Assembly (NCBI GenBank): GCA_963832375.1
Contig: CAWHUA010000008.1
Span: 1,451,855-1,515,854, forward strand
Length of the DNA stretch: 64,000 nucleotides
DNA from: Vicinamibacterales bacterium
Lineage (GTDB): Bacteria > Acidobacteriota > Vicinamibacteria > Vicinamibacterales > JAMQPK01
Direction: 5' to 3'
Part shown: one piece after another, positions 55,301-63,748 of the stretch
Numbering within the stretch: the first letter of the stretch is position 1
Layout: every line of letters starts with the position of its first letter
The notes under the pieces: generated by a model
Databases searched by the model: none
Told to the model about the DNA's origin: nothing
Seen by the model: the letters and a program-made list of their open reading frames with translations, nothing else
Made by a program: the position numbers and the translations under genes

Positions 55301-55742
55301 CGTTGCCGGCCACGAGCTCGTCCTCGCGAAGATGCTGCGGGAGCAACGCGTACTTGATCGGCCCGAAGACGGTCGAGTGCGTGCCGAGACAGAACAGCGA
55401 CGCGAGCAGCAGCGGGATGCTGTGTTGCCACAGTCCCCAGGCGCCAATCATCATGATCGCGATCTCGGCCACCTTGACCCAGCGTGCGATGGCGGCCTTG
55501 TCGACGCGATCGGCCAGCGTGCCCGATGCGCCCGAAAACAGAAAGAAGGGCGCGATGAACAAGCCGCCCGCAATCATCGTGACGGACGCAGCATCCTGGC
55601 CGGTCTCGGCGGCCAGCCGATAGGTCACCATGATGCCAAGCGCGCTCTTCAGGAGGTTGTCGTTGAACGCCCCGAGAAACTGCGTCACGAACAGCGGCGC
55701 GAATCTCCGCGACGTCAACAGCTCGAACGATCGCGATGTCAT
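52320..55742 (-). pseudogene. Tri-domain lysophospholipid transporter (MFS, LplT-like) - PlsC acyltransferase - acyl-ACP/CoA synthetase (Aas-like) gene, disrupted by one in-frame TAA and three +1 frameshifts
   Basis: Four ORF pieces on the minus strand read consecutively. MFS: SRRFAPLFVTQFLGAFNDNLLK...ILAIS-TAA-FWLFGFVVVSG. Then ..GLMMGL | PSIFIRQVADVW. Acyltransferase: LVYRVRVEGVEHV | ..AVIAANHASFLDG...FPEGRITTTG. AMP-binding: ..ASYALG | RPLPDG..VLFTSGSEGTPKGVVLSHRNL...GYGATE...WYDTGD..GRAKRF. Length is 3423 nt, i.e. 3420+3. Confidence 0.8.
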
Positions 55743-55840
55743 ACCTGCCTCCTGTCACGGCGCGACTGAAGTCGCGCCCTACCGTCTGCCCTGTCCGACT
55801 GAAGTCGGGCCCTGCCGTTTTCCGCGACTGACGTCGCGCC

Positions 55841-56416
55841 TTAAACCGTCGTAATGGCGGCCCATGCCGCGGCAATCAGACGCTCACAGATCGCATTCAT
55901 GTCCGAGGGCAACCGCCCGTAGGCGGCAAACTGCACGGGCTCGAGCACGACGCCGAAGACGAACGCGGTCGCAAGGTCGGGTTCCTGTTTCGGAATCTCT
56001 CCGGACGCGATGCCGCGCTCGATGACGGCGCGCATCACGGACACCGACGTGGGCGTCGTCTCAGCCAGCCGTCCCAGCTGCCCATGCTGGGTGAACACGA
56101 GAAACCGGAACAGGATCGGGTTCTCGTCGTGTGCCTGGCAGAACCCGCGAATCATCGCGGCGACTTTCTCGCGCGTGCCCGACTCGGCCGCGGCCAGCGT
56201 GCCGAGCCGGCCGGCGAACTCGGTGTAGTTGTGCTCGAACAACTGCCAGACGAGCTCGTCTTTCCCCGTGAAGTGCCGGTAGAGCGCCCCCTCTGACAAC
56301 CCGACGGCCTGCGCGATGTCGCGCACCGTCGTTTCCGCCACGCCCTTCTCGACGAAGAGCTGCATGGCGGCGGTTTCGATTCGATCTCTTGTATCGGTGT
56401 ATGGGTGGCGCGGCAT
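55841..56416 (-). CDS. TetR-family transcriptional regulator
   Basis: 191 aa. N-terminal HTH: RDRIETAAMQLFVEKGVAETTVRDIAQAVGLSEGALYRHFTGKDEL. Confidence 0.85.
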   Translation of the reverse strand: MPRHPYTDTRDRIETAAMQLFVEKGVAETTVRDIAQAVGLSEGALYRHFTGKDELVWQLFEHNYTEFAGRLGTLAAAESGTREKVAAMIRGFCQAHDENPILFRFLVFTQHGQLGRLAETTPTSVSVMRAVIERGIASGEIPKQEPDLATAFVFGVVLEPVQFAAYGRLPSDMNAICERLIAAAWAAITTV

Positions 56417-56418
56417 AT

Positions 56419-56438
56419 GTGAGTAAATGATTACTCAC
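56419..56438. promoter_or_regulatory. Candidate TetR operator: perfect inverted repeat GTGAGTAA-atga-TTACTCAC
   Basis: Seen directly, 3 nt upstream of the tetR start codon. It sits in the 95-bp AT-rich divergent region shared with the DinB-family gene. Confidence 0.55.
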
Positions 56439-56511
56439 CTACCTTGTGATGTCAAGACCTTGCTTATCTTGCTTTACAAGTCCTTATATATCAGTTATTT
56501 ATACGAGCAAT

Positions 56512-57099
56512 ATGCGCAAAGCGATTGGATGCCTCGTTTTGTTGATGCAGTTCAGCGCGGGCATGGCTGTCGCCGCGCCCCTCACCAACCAGGAACGTCA
56601 GCGGTTGATCGCTCATCTCGACATGACCGCAAGCTGGCTAACCGACGAGGTGTCGGGCCTCTCGCCAGACCAGCTCGCGTTTCGTCCTGCGCCAGGCGCG
56701 TGGACGATCCTGGAAGTGCTCGATCATCTCGTCGTCGTCGGGCCGATTTACTGGCAGGATTTGCAGAACGCCCTGAAAACGGCAGGCGGGCGCAAGTCGC
56801 CGTCGACCGACAGCGACATTCTCTGGTACGGCATCGACCGGACCAATCGCGAGAAAGCCATCCCGTCTGAAGTGCCGAAAGGATTGCGCGATCTTCGGAG
56901 CGGACTCGACGCGCATCGCAAGCTTCATGCGCGGTTGGTGGAATACATCAGGTCTACCAAAGACGATCTCCGGGGCCACATCGTCGAACGACAGAGCTGC
57001 GATGCGTACCAATGGGCGCTGCTCATTTCCACACACGAGCAGCGGCATATTCTCCAGGTTCGCGAGATCAAGGCGGATCCAGCCTTCCCGAAGAAGTAG
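56512..57099 (+). CDS. Secreted DinB-family (DinB_2) protein
   Basis: Start at MRKAIGCLVLLMQFSAGMAVAAP (signal peptide). Motifs: WTILEVLDHLVVV...HEQRHILQVREI (His triad pattern). Confidence 0.7.
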   Translation: MRKAIGCLVLLMQFSAGMAVAAPLTNQERQRLIAHLDMTASWLTDEVSGLSPDQLAFRPAPGAWTILEVLDHLVVVGPIYWQDLQNALKTAGGRKSPSTDSDILWYGIDRTNREKAIPSEVPKGLRDLRSGLDAHRKLHARLVEYIRSTKDDLRGHIVERQSCDAYQWALLISTHEQRHILQVREIKADPAFPKK

Positions 57100-57100
57100 G

Positions 57101-58459
57101 ATGGCGGAGGCACCGATCATGTCCTGTCCATCCAGGCGCGCGTTCTTGACGACTTTCGGCGCGGCCGCGATGGGTCCTGCCCTCCTCGGCCGACACGCAT
57201 CTGCGCAGAACATGCCGGCTCGTGTCGATGCCACGATCCTGCGGCAGCGCATTGAAGCACTCAGCATGTTCGGCCGATCGCCCGGCGGGACGTTCGCCGA
57301 TGGGGTCAGCCGCGTCGCGTACTCTGACGCCGATGTCGCCGGTCGCCGGTACCTGATCGGTTTGATGCGTGCAGCCGGTCTTGAACCACGTGTCGACCAG
57401 GCAGGGAATATCTTCGGACGGCGCGCGGGTTCCGACTCGTCCCTGCCGTCAATTCTCTTTGGCTCACACATCGATTCGGTTCCAAGTGGCGGCAACTTCG
57501 ACGGCGACCTTGGATCGTTGGCCGCGTTGGGTGTCATCGAGGCACTGACGGCCGCACGTCTTCGCACGCGACACTCACTGGAGATGGTCGTATGGGCGGC
57601 CGAAGAAGGCGTGGCATTCAACCTGGGATTGGGTGGCAGCCGCATTGTGGCCGGTGACGTGAAGTCCATCGACATGGACCAGGTGTGGGAGGGTGTGACC
57701 CGTGCCGACGCCATCAGGAAAATCGGCGGCGATCCCGGCCGCATCGCAGACGCCATCAGACCGCGCGGCGCTCACCATTGCTATCTCGAGCTGCACATCG
57801 AGCAGGGTGGCTCGCTCGAACGTCAGGCCATCCCCATTGGCGTGGTCGAGGGCATCGTCGCGATCGATCGCCATCAGGTGACGGTTACCGGCGTGGCCAA
57901 TCACGCAGGCACGACGCCGATGGCCGAGCGGCAGGATGCGCTCCTCGCCGCCTCGCATCTGACGATCGCCGTGCGCGACGTGGTCGCCTCTGAACCGGGG
58001 CGACAGGTGGGCACTGTCGGGCGGATCGAGGTGACTCCCAATGCGCAGAACGTGATTCCCGGCGTCGTGCGCCTCACGATCGAACTGCGCGATCTCTCGC
58101 CCGACAAACTGACGCGGCTCGCAGACCGGATCCGCCTGCGCGCGGCAGACATCGCGCGAGAGACGAAGACCGCGATTGAGTTCACGTCGAGCAATCACAA
58201 CACACCAGCGAATGCGGCTTTGGAGGTGCAGCGGGCGATCGAACGGAGCGCCGGACAGCTCGGCCTCGCGAGCCAGCGGATGCCGAGCGGCGCCGGGCAC
58301 GACGCGCAGATGATGGCGCAGCTCTCGCCGATGGGCATGATTTTCGTGCCGAGCGTGAAGGGTATCAGCCACTCGCCGCACGAGCTGACGAGCTGGGACG
58401 ACTGCGCTCGAGGAGCGGACGTCCTGCTCGGCACGGTGTTGGAGATGGATAACGCGTAG
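57101..58459 (+). CDS. M20-family amidohydrolase (allantoate amidohydrolase / N-carbamoyl-L-amino-acid hydrolase type) with a Tat-like leader
   Basis: Start at MAEAPIMSCPSRRAFLTTFGAAA. Motifs: GNIFGRRAG...ILFGSHIDSVPSGGNFDGDLGSLAALGVIEAL...VVWAAEEG...SGAGHDAQ. Confidence 0.75.
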   Translation: MAEAPIMSCPSRRAFLTTFGAAAMGPALLGRHASAQNMPARVDATILRQRIEALSMFGRSPGGTFADGVSRVAYSDADVAGRRYLIGLMRAAGLEPRVDQAGNIFGRRAGSDSSLPSILFGSHIDSVPSGGNFDGDLGSLAALGVIEALTAARLRTRHSLEMVVWAAEEGVAFNLGLGGSRIVAGDVKSIDMDQVWEGVTRADAIRKIGGDPGRIADAIRPRGAHHCYLELHIEQGGSLERQAIPIGVVEGIVAIDRHQVTVTGVANHAGTTPMAERQDALLAASHLTIAVRDVVASEPGRQVGTVGRIEVTPNAQNVIPGVVRLTIELRDLSPDKLTRLADRIRLRAADIARETKTAIEFTSSNHNTPANAALEVQRAIERSAGQLGLASQRMPSGAGHDAQMMAQLSPMGMIFVPSVKGISHSPHELTSWDDCARGADVLLGTVLEMDNA

Positions 58460-61181
58460 CTACTTCTTCAGGTCAGCCGTCCAATTGAGAATCACGGTTA
58501 GCGCAGGGCGTGTCGGCTGATCGACGACGGTGTTGACGAGGAAGCGCTGGCCATTCATCGCGACGGCGTAATCCGTCGGATAGGGATTGATCGGCTCAGG
58601 CATTTGAACGTCGAACAACGCGCGCGGCGCGCCGTTGGAGAACGTGGAGCCTTCGGTCGCGACGGGCACCACCATCAGCTTCCTGTCCGCTGAGATGTAA
58701 AAGAGCTCCGTCCCGTCGCGTCGCCACTCCGGCTGCATGCCGCCGGCCACTGATATTAGGCGCTGGTCACTCCCGACCGGGAACGGACGAACGTAGACCT
58801 CGAAATTACCCGATTCATCGGAGGCATAGGCGAGCCACCGGCCGTTCGGCGCGAAGCGGGCCTGTACTTCGTTGGCCGGCGAATGAAGGAAGGAAATCCT
58901 CTTCGCGTCGCCGGAAAGCGGCGCGATGCCGACGTCGTAGCCGCTCGGCGATGATTGAGTGTAGCTGAGAAACTTGCCATCGCTTGACGTGTCGTTTGGG
59001 TATTGCGCGGTGCTGTCGACATCTTCACCGCCGGCAAGAAACTCGTCCGGCCCGCTGCCGAGCTTTCGAAAAATCCTGGTCACAGCAGTGCGAGAAGCCC
59101 CAAAGAAAATCGCGTTGCCATCAGGTGACCACGCAGGAAACCAGTCGGTCATCAGATCGAATGTCTGGCGTTGTTCATTCCGCAACGACAGTTCGATCAC
59201 CTGGATGTCGTTCTGCCCGGTTTCGGGATCCCACTTCGTGACGACGACACGCTTTTCGTCGGAGGACAGCCGCGGCGAACGATACACCGCCGGACGGATC
59301 GCCGACCCTGCGTCTGCGCCGTCGCGACTGCGCCATTGAAGACTGGTGGTCGTCGCCACACTCGGTCCGTAGGCAAGCGCACCGGCCCGTGATACGGTCA
59401 CGGCGATATAGCCAAACGTCGCGCTGAAGTAGCCGATGCGATCGGCGACTTGCACGGCTTGGCCGCGCGTCTGGAGCGCCCGATCGTCGAACGCCTGGGC
59501 AAACAAGATCCCGTTGCGCACGAACAGCAGGTAGCCGGACGTGTAGAGACCACCGCCTGTGCTGGCGACGACACGCGTGACTTCAGCGGAGTCGAGTGAG
59601 CCGACATAGATGCCCTGATGTTCGGGCTTGAAACTGGTCTGGTAGAAGAGATAGCGGCGGCCATCTGGCAAGAACTGCGGCCAGTAGTGGCCCGTGGCGC
59701 CCTGTTCGCGATGGAACGTCGCTGCGGGTCGAACGACGCCGCCGGCCCTGTCGGTGATCTGCGACAGGGGAGTTCTCGTCGCTCCGGTGAAGACGATGGT
59801 ACCGTCAGGGCTCCACGCTCCGCCCCGGCCGCCCGACGCATCGCAGAGCACTTCTGCCGCGCCGCCCATGATGTCGACCTTCTTGAGTTTCCCGCCGGCG
59901 AAAAACCCAAGAAATCGGCTGTCGGGCGACCAGAACGGAAACGACGCACCTTCCGTACCGGCCAGCGGCCGAGCCTGCACGCTATTCAGCGGGCGCACCC
60001 AGAGTTGAGAAACACTCTGATTGGAGGCGGCGACAAATGCCAGATGCCGCCCGTCTGGCGAAAGCGCAAGCTGCGCGGCCGACGCCACCGGTGCCGGGCT
60101 CAACAGCACATCCGGCGGCGGTGTGACTTCAAATCGAACGGAGGCGGCCGGCGCTGTCGGGACCGTCGTGTAGCGCCAGGCGATCGCACCAGTCGCGAAC
60201 ACAACGAGCGCCGCAGCCAGTAGCGCCGCGATCTTGACGATGCGTCGCGGTCGCGCCGCCTGCATTCCCGCGACGGCGTGCGTTCCCGCCGCAACCCCCG
60301 ACGGTGCGTCGGCAGCCCAACGCAGCGCGCTCGCCAGGTCAGCCGCGCTCTGCCACCGATCGTCTGCTCTCTTTGCCAGACACTTTCGCACAATCGCATC
60401 GACGAGCACCGGCGCAAGCGGTTGCAGCGTGGTGACCGGCGTCGGCTCCCGCTCGAGGATGGCCGCAATAAGGCTCGCGTGCGTCTTGCCCTCGAACGCT
60501 TTCTGTCCCGTGAGCATCTCGTGAAGGACGCAACCAAACGCGAAGATATCCGTGCGCGCGTCGGCTTCGACGCCTTCGATCTGCTCGGGCGCCATGTATT
60601 GGAACGTTCCGAGGATCATGCCGCGCGCCGTCAGGGTCTGCGGCGCAGCCGTCGGCAGTATCGACACGCCGCCGGCCGTCGACAGCGGGGACTGCCGTTT
60701 TCGCGAGGCCGAAATCGAGCAGCTTCGCGCCCGATTTGGTCAGCACGACGTTCGCCGGTTTGAGATCGCGATGTACGACCCCCGCACGATGCGCGGCCGT
60801 CAACGCGTCGGCAATCTGGATCGCGATCGTCAGCGCCTCCGCGCGCGGCAGGCCGGGACCCTTGGATTCGGCTCGCGCCATGCGATCCGCGAGCGTCTCG
60901 CCTTCGAGGAACTCCATGACGAGAAACGCCGTGCCCGCGTGCTCGCCGACGTCGTAGAGCGTGCAGATGTGCGGATGCGTGAGCTGCGAGATGACTCGCG
61001 CCTCGCGGTCGAAGCGCTCGCGAAATTGCGCGTCATCGGCGACCGCACTTGGCAGGACCTTGATCGCCACCGTGCGATCGAGGCGCGTGTCGCGGGCTTT
61101 GTAGACCTCGCCCATGCCGCCCGCGCCAAGCGCGCTGAGGACTTCATACGGACCGAGCCGGGCGCCGGGAGAGAGTGCCAG
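58460..61181 (-). pseudogene. Ser/Thr protein kinase fused to a TM segment and TolB-like beta-propeller, with one apparent +1 frameshift in the activation segment and no canonical start codon
   Basis: Kinase: LGAGGMGEVYKARD...VAIKVL...HRDLKPANVVL...DFGLAK, then the break at about 60668-60680, then ..GTFQYMAPEQ...DIFAFGCVLHEML. The propeller reads ...WSPDG... repeatedly and ends ILNWTADLKK. Upstream of the Gly-loop the frame is open to a TAA with no ATG/GTG/TTG; a CTG at 61181-61179 lies 5 nt after GGAGG. Length is 2722 nt, i.e. 2721+1. Confidence 0.75.
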
Positions 61182-61322
61182 TCGTGCCTCCTCGGTTGGG
61201 TTCTGTGACGGGGCGCAGTCTATCAGTTCCCTGTCAGCCCATCGCCAGCCGCTCTCGCTTCTCGCGACGCCACATTGACACGTTTACGTATCTGTGCCAA
61301 TGTGGGCCAGAGGTGGAGGTTC

Positions 61323-61580
61323 ATGCCTGATTCCCAACCGCGTCGAGCGCGCCTGAGCATCGATGTTCCACGCGAAGCACGGCGCCGCATACACATTGCG
61401 GCGGCGAAACGCGACCAATCGATTCGGGACTATGTGTGGGAGGCCGTCGAGGCACGTCTGAAACACGATCTGGCCGACGAGTTGTCGGCCGCCGATCTGG
61501 TTGCACTCAGCGAACGCGCCGATCCGGTCCTGGCCGATCTCTGGCACAATCCCAAGGACGCGGCGTATGACAAGCTGTAG
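61323..61580 (+). CDS. Ribbon-helix-helix (CopG/Arc-like) antitoxin
   Basis: Start at MPDSQPRRARLSIDVPREARRRIHIAAAKRDQSIRDYVWEAVEARL (ATG 61323). 85 aa. Overlaps the toxin gene by 14 nt. Confidence 0.6.
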   Translation: MPDSQPRRARLSIDVPREARRRIHIAAAKRDQSIRDYVWEAVEARLKHDLADELSAADLVALSERADPVLADLWHNPKDAAYDKL

Positions 61581-61905
61581 TCGCGGCGATGTCGTGCTCG
61601 TCAAGTTTGTGTTTGCCGACGAAAAAGGCATCAAGCAGCGACCTGGTCTCATCGTCAGCACCGACAAGTATCAACAGGGTCGGCGGGAGACGATCCTCGC
61701 GGCCATCACCAGCAACATCGGCCGGCTCCTGGTGGGAGACTACAAGATCAAGGCGTGGCGCGAATCCGGCCTTCTGTACCCGTCGATCGTCACAGGCATC
61801 GTCAGAACCATCAAACACGACATGATCGCCAGCAAGATGGGCGAGTTGCCTCCATCAGAGCTTCACGCCGTGGAGGACAAGCTTCGGGAGATTCTGGCGC
61901 TCTGA
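61567..61905 (+). CDS. MazF/PemK-family toxin (endoribonuclease fold)
   Basis: Start at MTSCSRGDVVLVKFVFADEKGIKQRPGLIVSTD...ILAAITSN (ATG 61567). 112 aa. The typical PemK N-terminal pattern RGD-hydrophobic...RPxxVxS is present. Confidence 0.75.
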   Translation: MTSCSRGDVVLVKFVFADEKGIKQRPGLIVSTDKYQQGRRETILAAITSNIGRLLVGDYKIKAWRESGLLYPSIVTGIVRTIKHDMIASKMGELPPSELHAVEDKLREILAL

Positions 61906-61918
61906 CCGAGGAGGGCGA

Positions 61919-63736
61919 ATGTTCAAGCAGTTATTCCTGGGCGGATTCGCGGTGGCTGCCGCTCTCGCGCTCACCACCACGATCTCGCCACATGCCCAGC
62001 AGCCTGTGGCCTCAGCCGGTCAGCAGCCCGTCGCGCCGGTGCCGGGTGGCGGCCAGAGCGGCGAGCTACTCGCGCCCCTGCCGATGCCGGAAATACTGAA
62101 ACAGTACCAGCCGGTCTCAACGGAGCGCCTCAAGAATCCCGTTGATGGCGAGTGGCCCATGATCCGCCGCACGTATGACGGCTGGGGATACAGTCCGCTG
62201 AGCCAGATCGACAGCGGGAATGTCGGACGGCTGGTTCCGGTATGGGGGCTCTCCACGGGCGTCACCAACGGTCATGAAAGCGCGCCGCTCGTGGTGAACG
62301 GTGTGATGTTCGTCTCAACCCCTGGCAACCAGGTGCTCGCGATCAACGCTCGAACCGGAACGTTGCTCTGGCGCTATCGCCGTCCGCTTCCGAACCCGGT
62401 CGTCCTGAATCATCCAACCAGCCGCGGGGTCGCGATCTACAACGACAAGGTGTACTTCGCGGCAGGTGAGGCCGTGCTCGTGGCCCTCGATGCGAAAACG
62501 GGCGAAGAGGCCTGGACGACTCGCGTGGCCGATAACGCGAGCGGGTACTACATGTCGCTGGCGCCGCTCGTCGCAGACGGCAAAGTCCTGATCGGCACGT
62601 CCGGTGGCGACCTCGGCATCCGTGGTTTCGTGGCGGCCTTCGACGCCGAGACCGGCAAGGAGCGGTGGAGGACGTTCATGGTGCCCGCGCCAGGGGAACC
62701 GGGCAGTGAAACCTGGCCGAATGGCGACCAGTGGAAGAGGGGCGGCGCGTCGATATGGGTGACGGCCAACTACGATCAGGCAACGAATCTTTCGTTCTGG
62801 GGGACGAGCAACGGCGGACCGTGGATGGGCGACCAGCGTCCCGGCGACAACTTGTATGTCGCGTCAACAGTGGCCATCGATGTCGCCACCGGTCAGATCA
62901 AAGGCCACATGCAGTACAGCCCAAACGAGTCGTGGGACTGGGATGAGGTTTCTCCTCCGATCCTCGTCGACTTCGAGCGCAATGGACGCACGATCAAGGG
63001 ACTCATCAACGTGGCACGCAACGGCTACCTGTATTTTCTCGAGCGCACCGCCGGAAAGATCAACTTCGTCGATGGCGGTCCGTACGTCCGGCAGAACGTG
63101 TTCAGATCGCTCGACCCCAAGAGCGGCCGACCCGATGTCGATCCAGAGAAGAAGCCTGGTACCGGAAAGCTTGCCGATTTCTGTCCGTCCCTCTGGGGCG
63201 GCAAGAACTGGCCCCCCATCGCGTTCAATCCGAAGACGCGAATGATTTATGTCCCCGCCAATGAAAACCTGTGCGCCACGTACATCGGCCGCGAGGTGGA
63301 ATACGTGCCCGGCCGCAGCTACACCGGCACAACCGTCACGATGTATCAGTACCCGGGGTCGAAGCACATCGGCGAGGTGCAGGCGTGGAATGTGGACACC
63401 GGCAAGCGCGCGTGGACACATACGTTCGCCAAATCGGCGAACTGGGGACCGATCCTGACGACGGCCGGCGGGCTCGTGTTCTCGGGCGGGACCAACGATC
63501 GCCTGTTCCGCGCCTTCGATGCGAAGAGCGGCCGGGTGTTGTGGGAGCACCCCACCACCTCGGGCATCATCGGTGTCCCGATCTCGTTCTCGATTGATGG
63601 CCGGCAATACATTGCGGTTCAGTCGGGCTTCGGCATCGACGCGCGGGCGATGCAGGCGCGTCTGAATCGGTTGAATCCGGGTGAGTATCCTGAAGTGCCT
63701 GAGGGCGGATCGGTCTGGGTCTTTGCACTCAGGTAG
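61919..63736 (+). CDS. PQQ-dependent dehydrogenase (eight-bladed quinoprotein alcohol dehydrogenase family), periplasmic
   Basis: 605 aa with signal peptide MFKQLFLGGFAVAAALA. Motifs: DGWGYSPLSQI, GHESAPLVVNGVMFV, W-motif repeats, SWDWDE (62933-62947), AGGLVFSGGTNDRLFRAFDAKSGRVLWE. Confidence 0.85.
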   Translation: MFKQLFLGGFAVAAALALTTTISPHAQQPVASAGQQPVAPVPGGGQSGELLAPLPMPEILKQYQPVSTERLKNPVDGEWPMIRRTYDGWGYSPLSQIDSGNVGRLVPVWGLSTGVTNGHESAPLVVNGVMFVSTPGNQVLAINARTGTLLWRYRRPLPNPVVLNHPTSRGVAIYNDKVYFAAGEAVLVALDAKTGEEAWTTRVADNASGYYMSLAPLVADGKVLIGTSGGDLGIRGFVAAFDAETGKERWRTFMVPAPGEPGSETWPNGDQWKRGGASIWVTANYDQATNLSFWGTSNGGPWMGDQRPGDNLYVASTVAIDVATGQIKGHMQYSPNESWDWDEVSPPILVDFERNGRTIKGLINVARNGYLYFLERTAGKINFVDGGPYVRQNVFRSLDPKSGRPDVDPEKKPGTGKLADFCPSLWGGKNWPPIAFNPKTRMIYVPANENLCATYIGREVEYVPGRSYTGTTVTMYQYPGSKHIGEVQAWNVDTGKRAWTHTFAKSANWGPILTTAGGLVFSGGTNDRLFRAFDAKSGRVLWEHPTTSGIIGVPISFSIDGRQYIAVQSGFGIDARAMQARLNRLNPGEYPEVPEGGSVWVFALR

Positions 63737-63748
63737 AGAGCGAGACGC

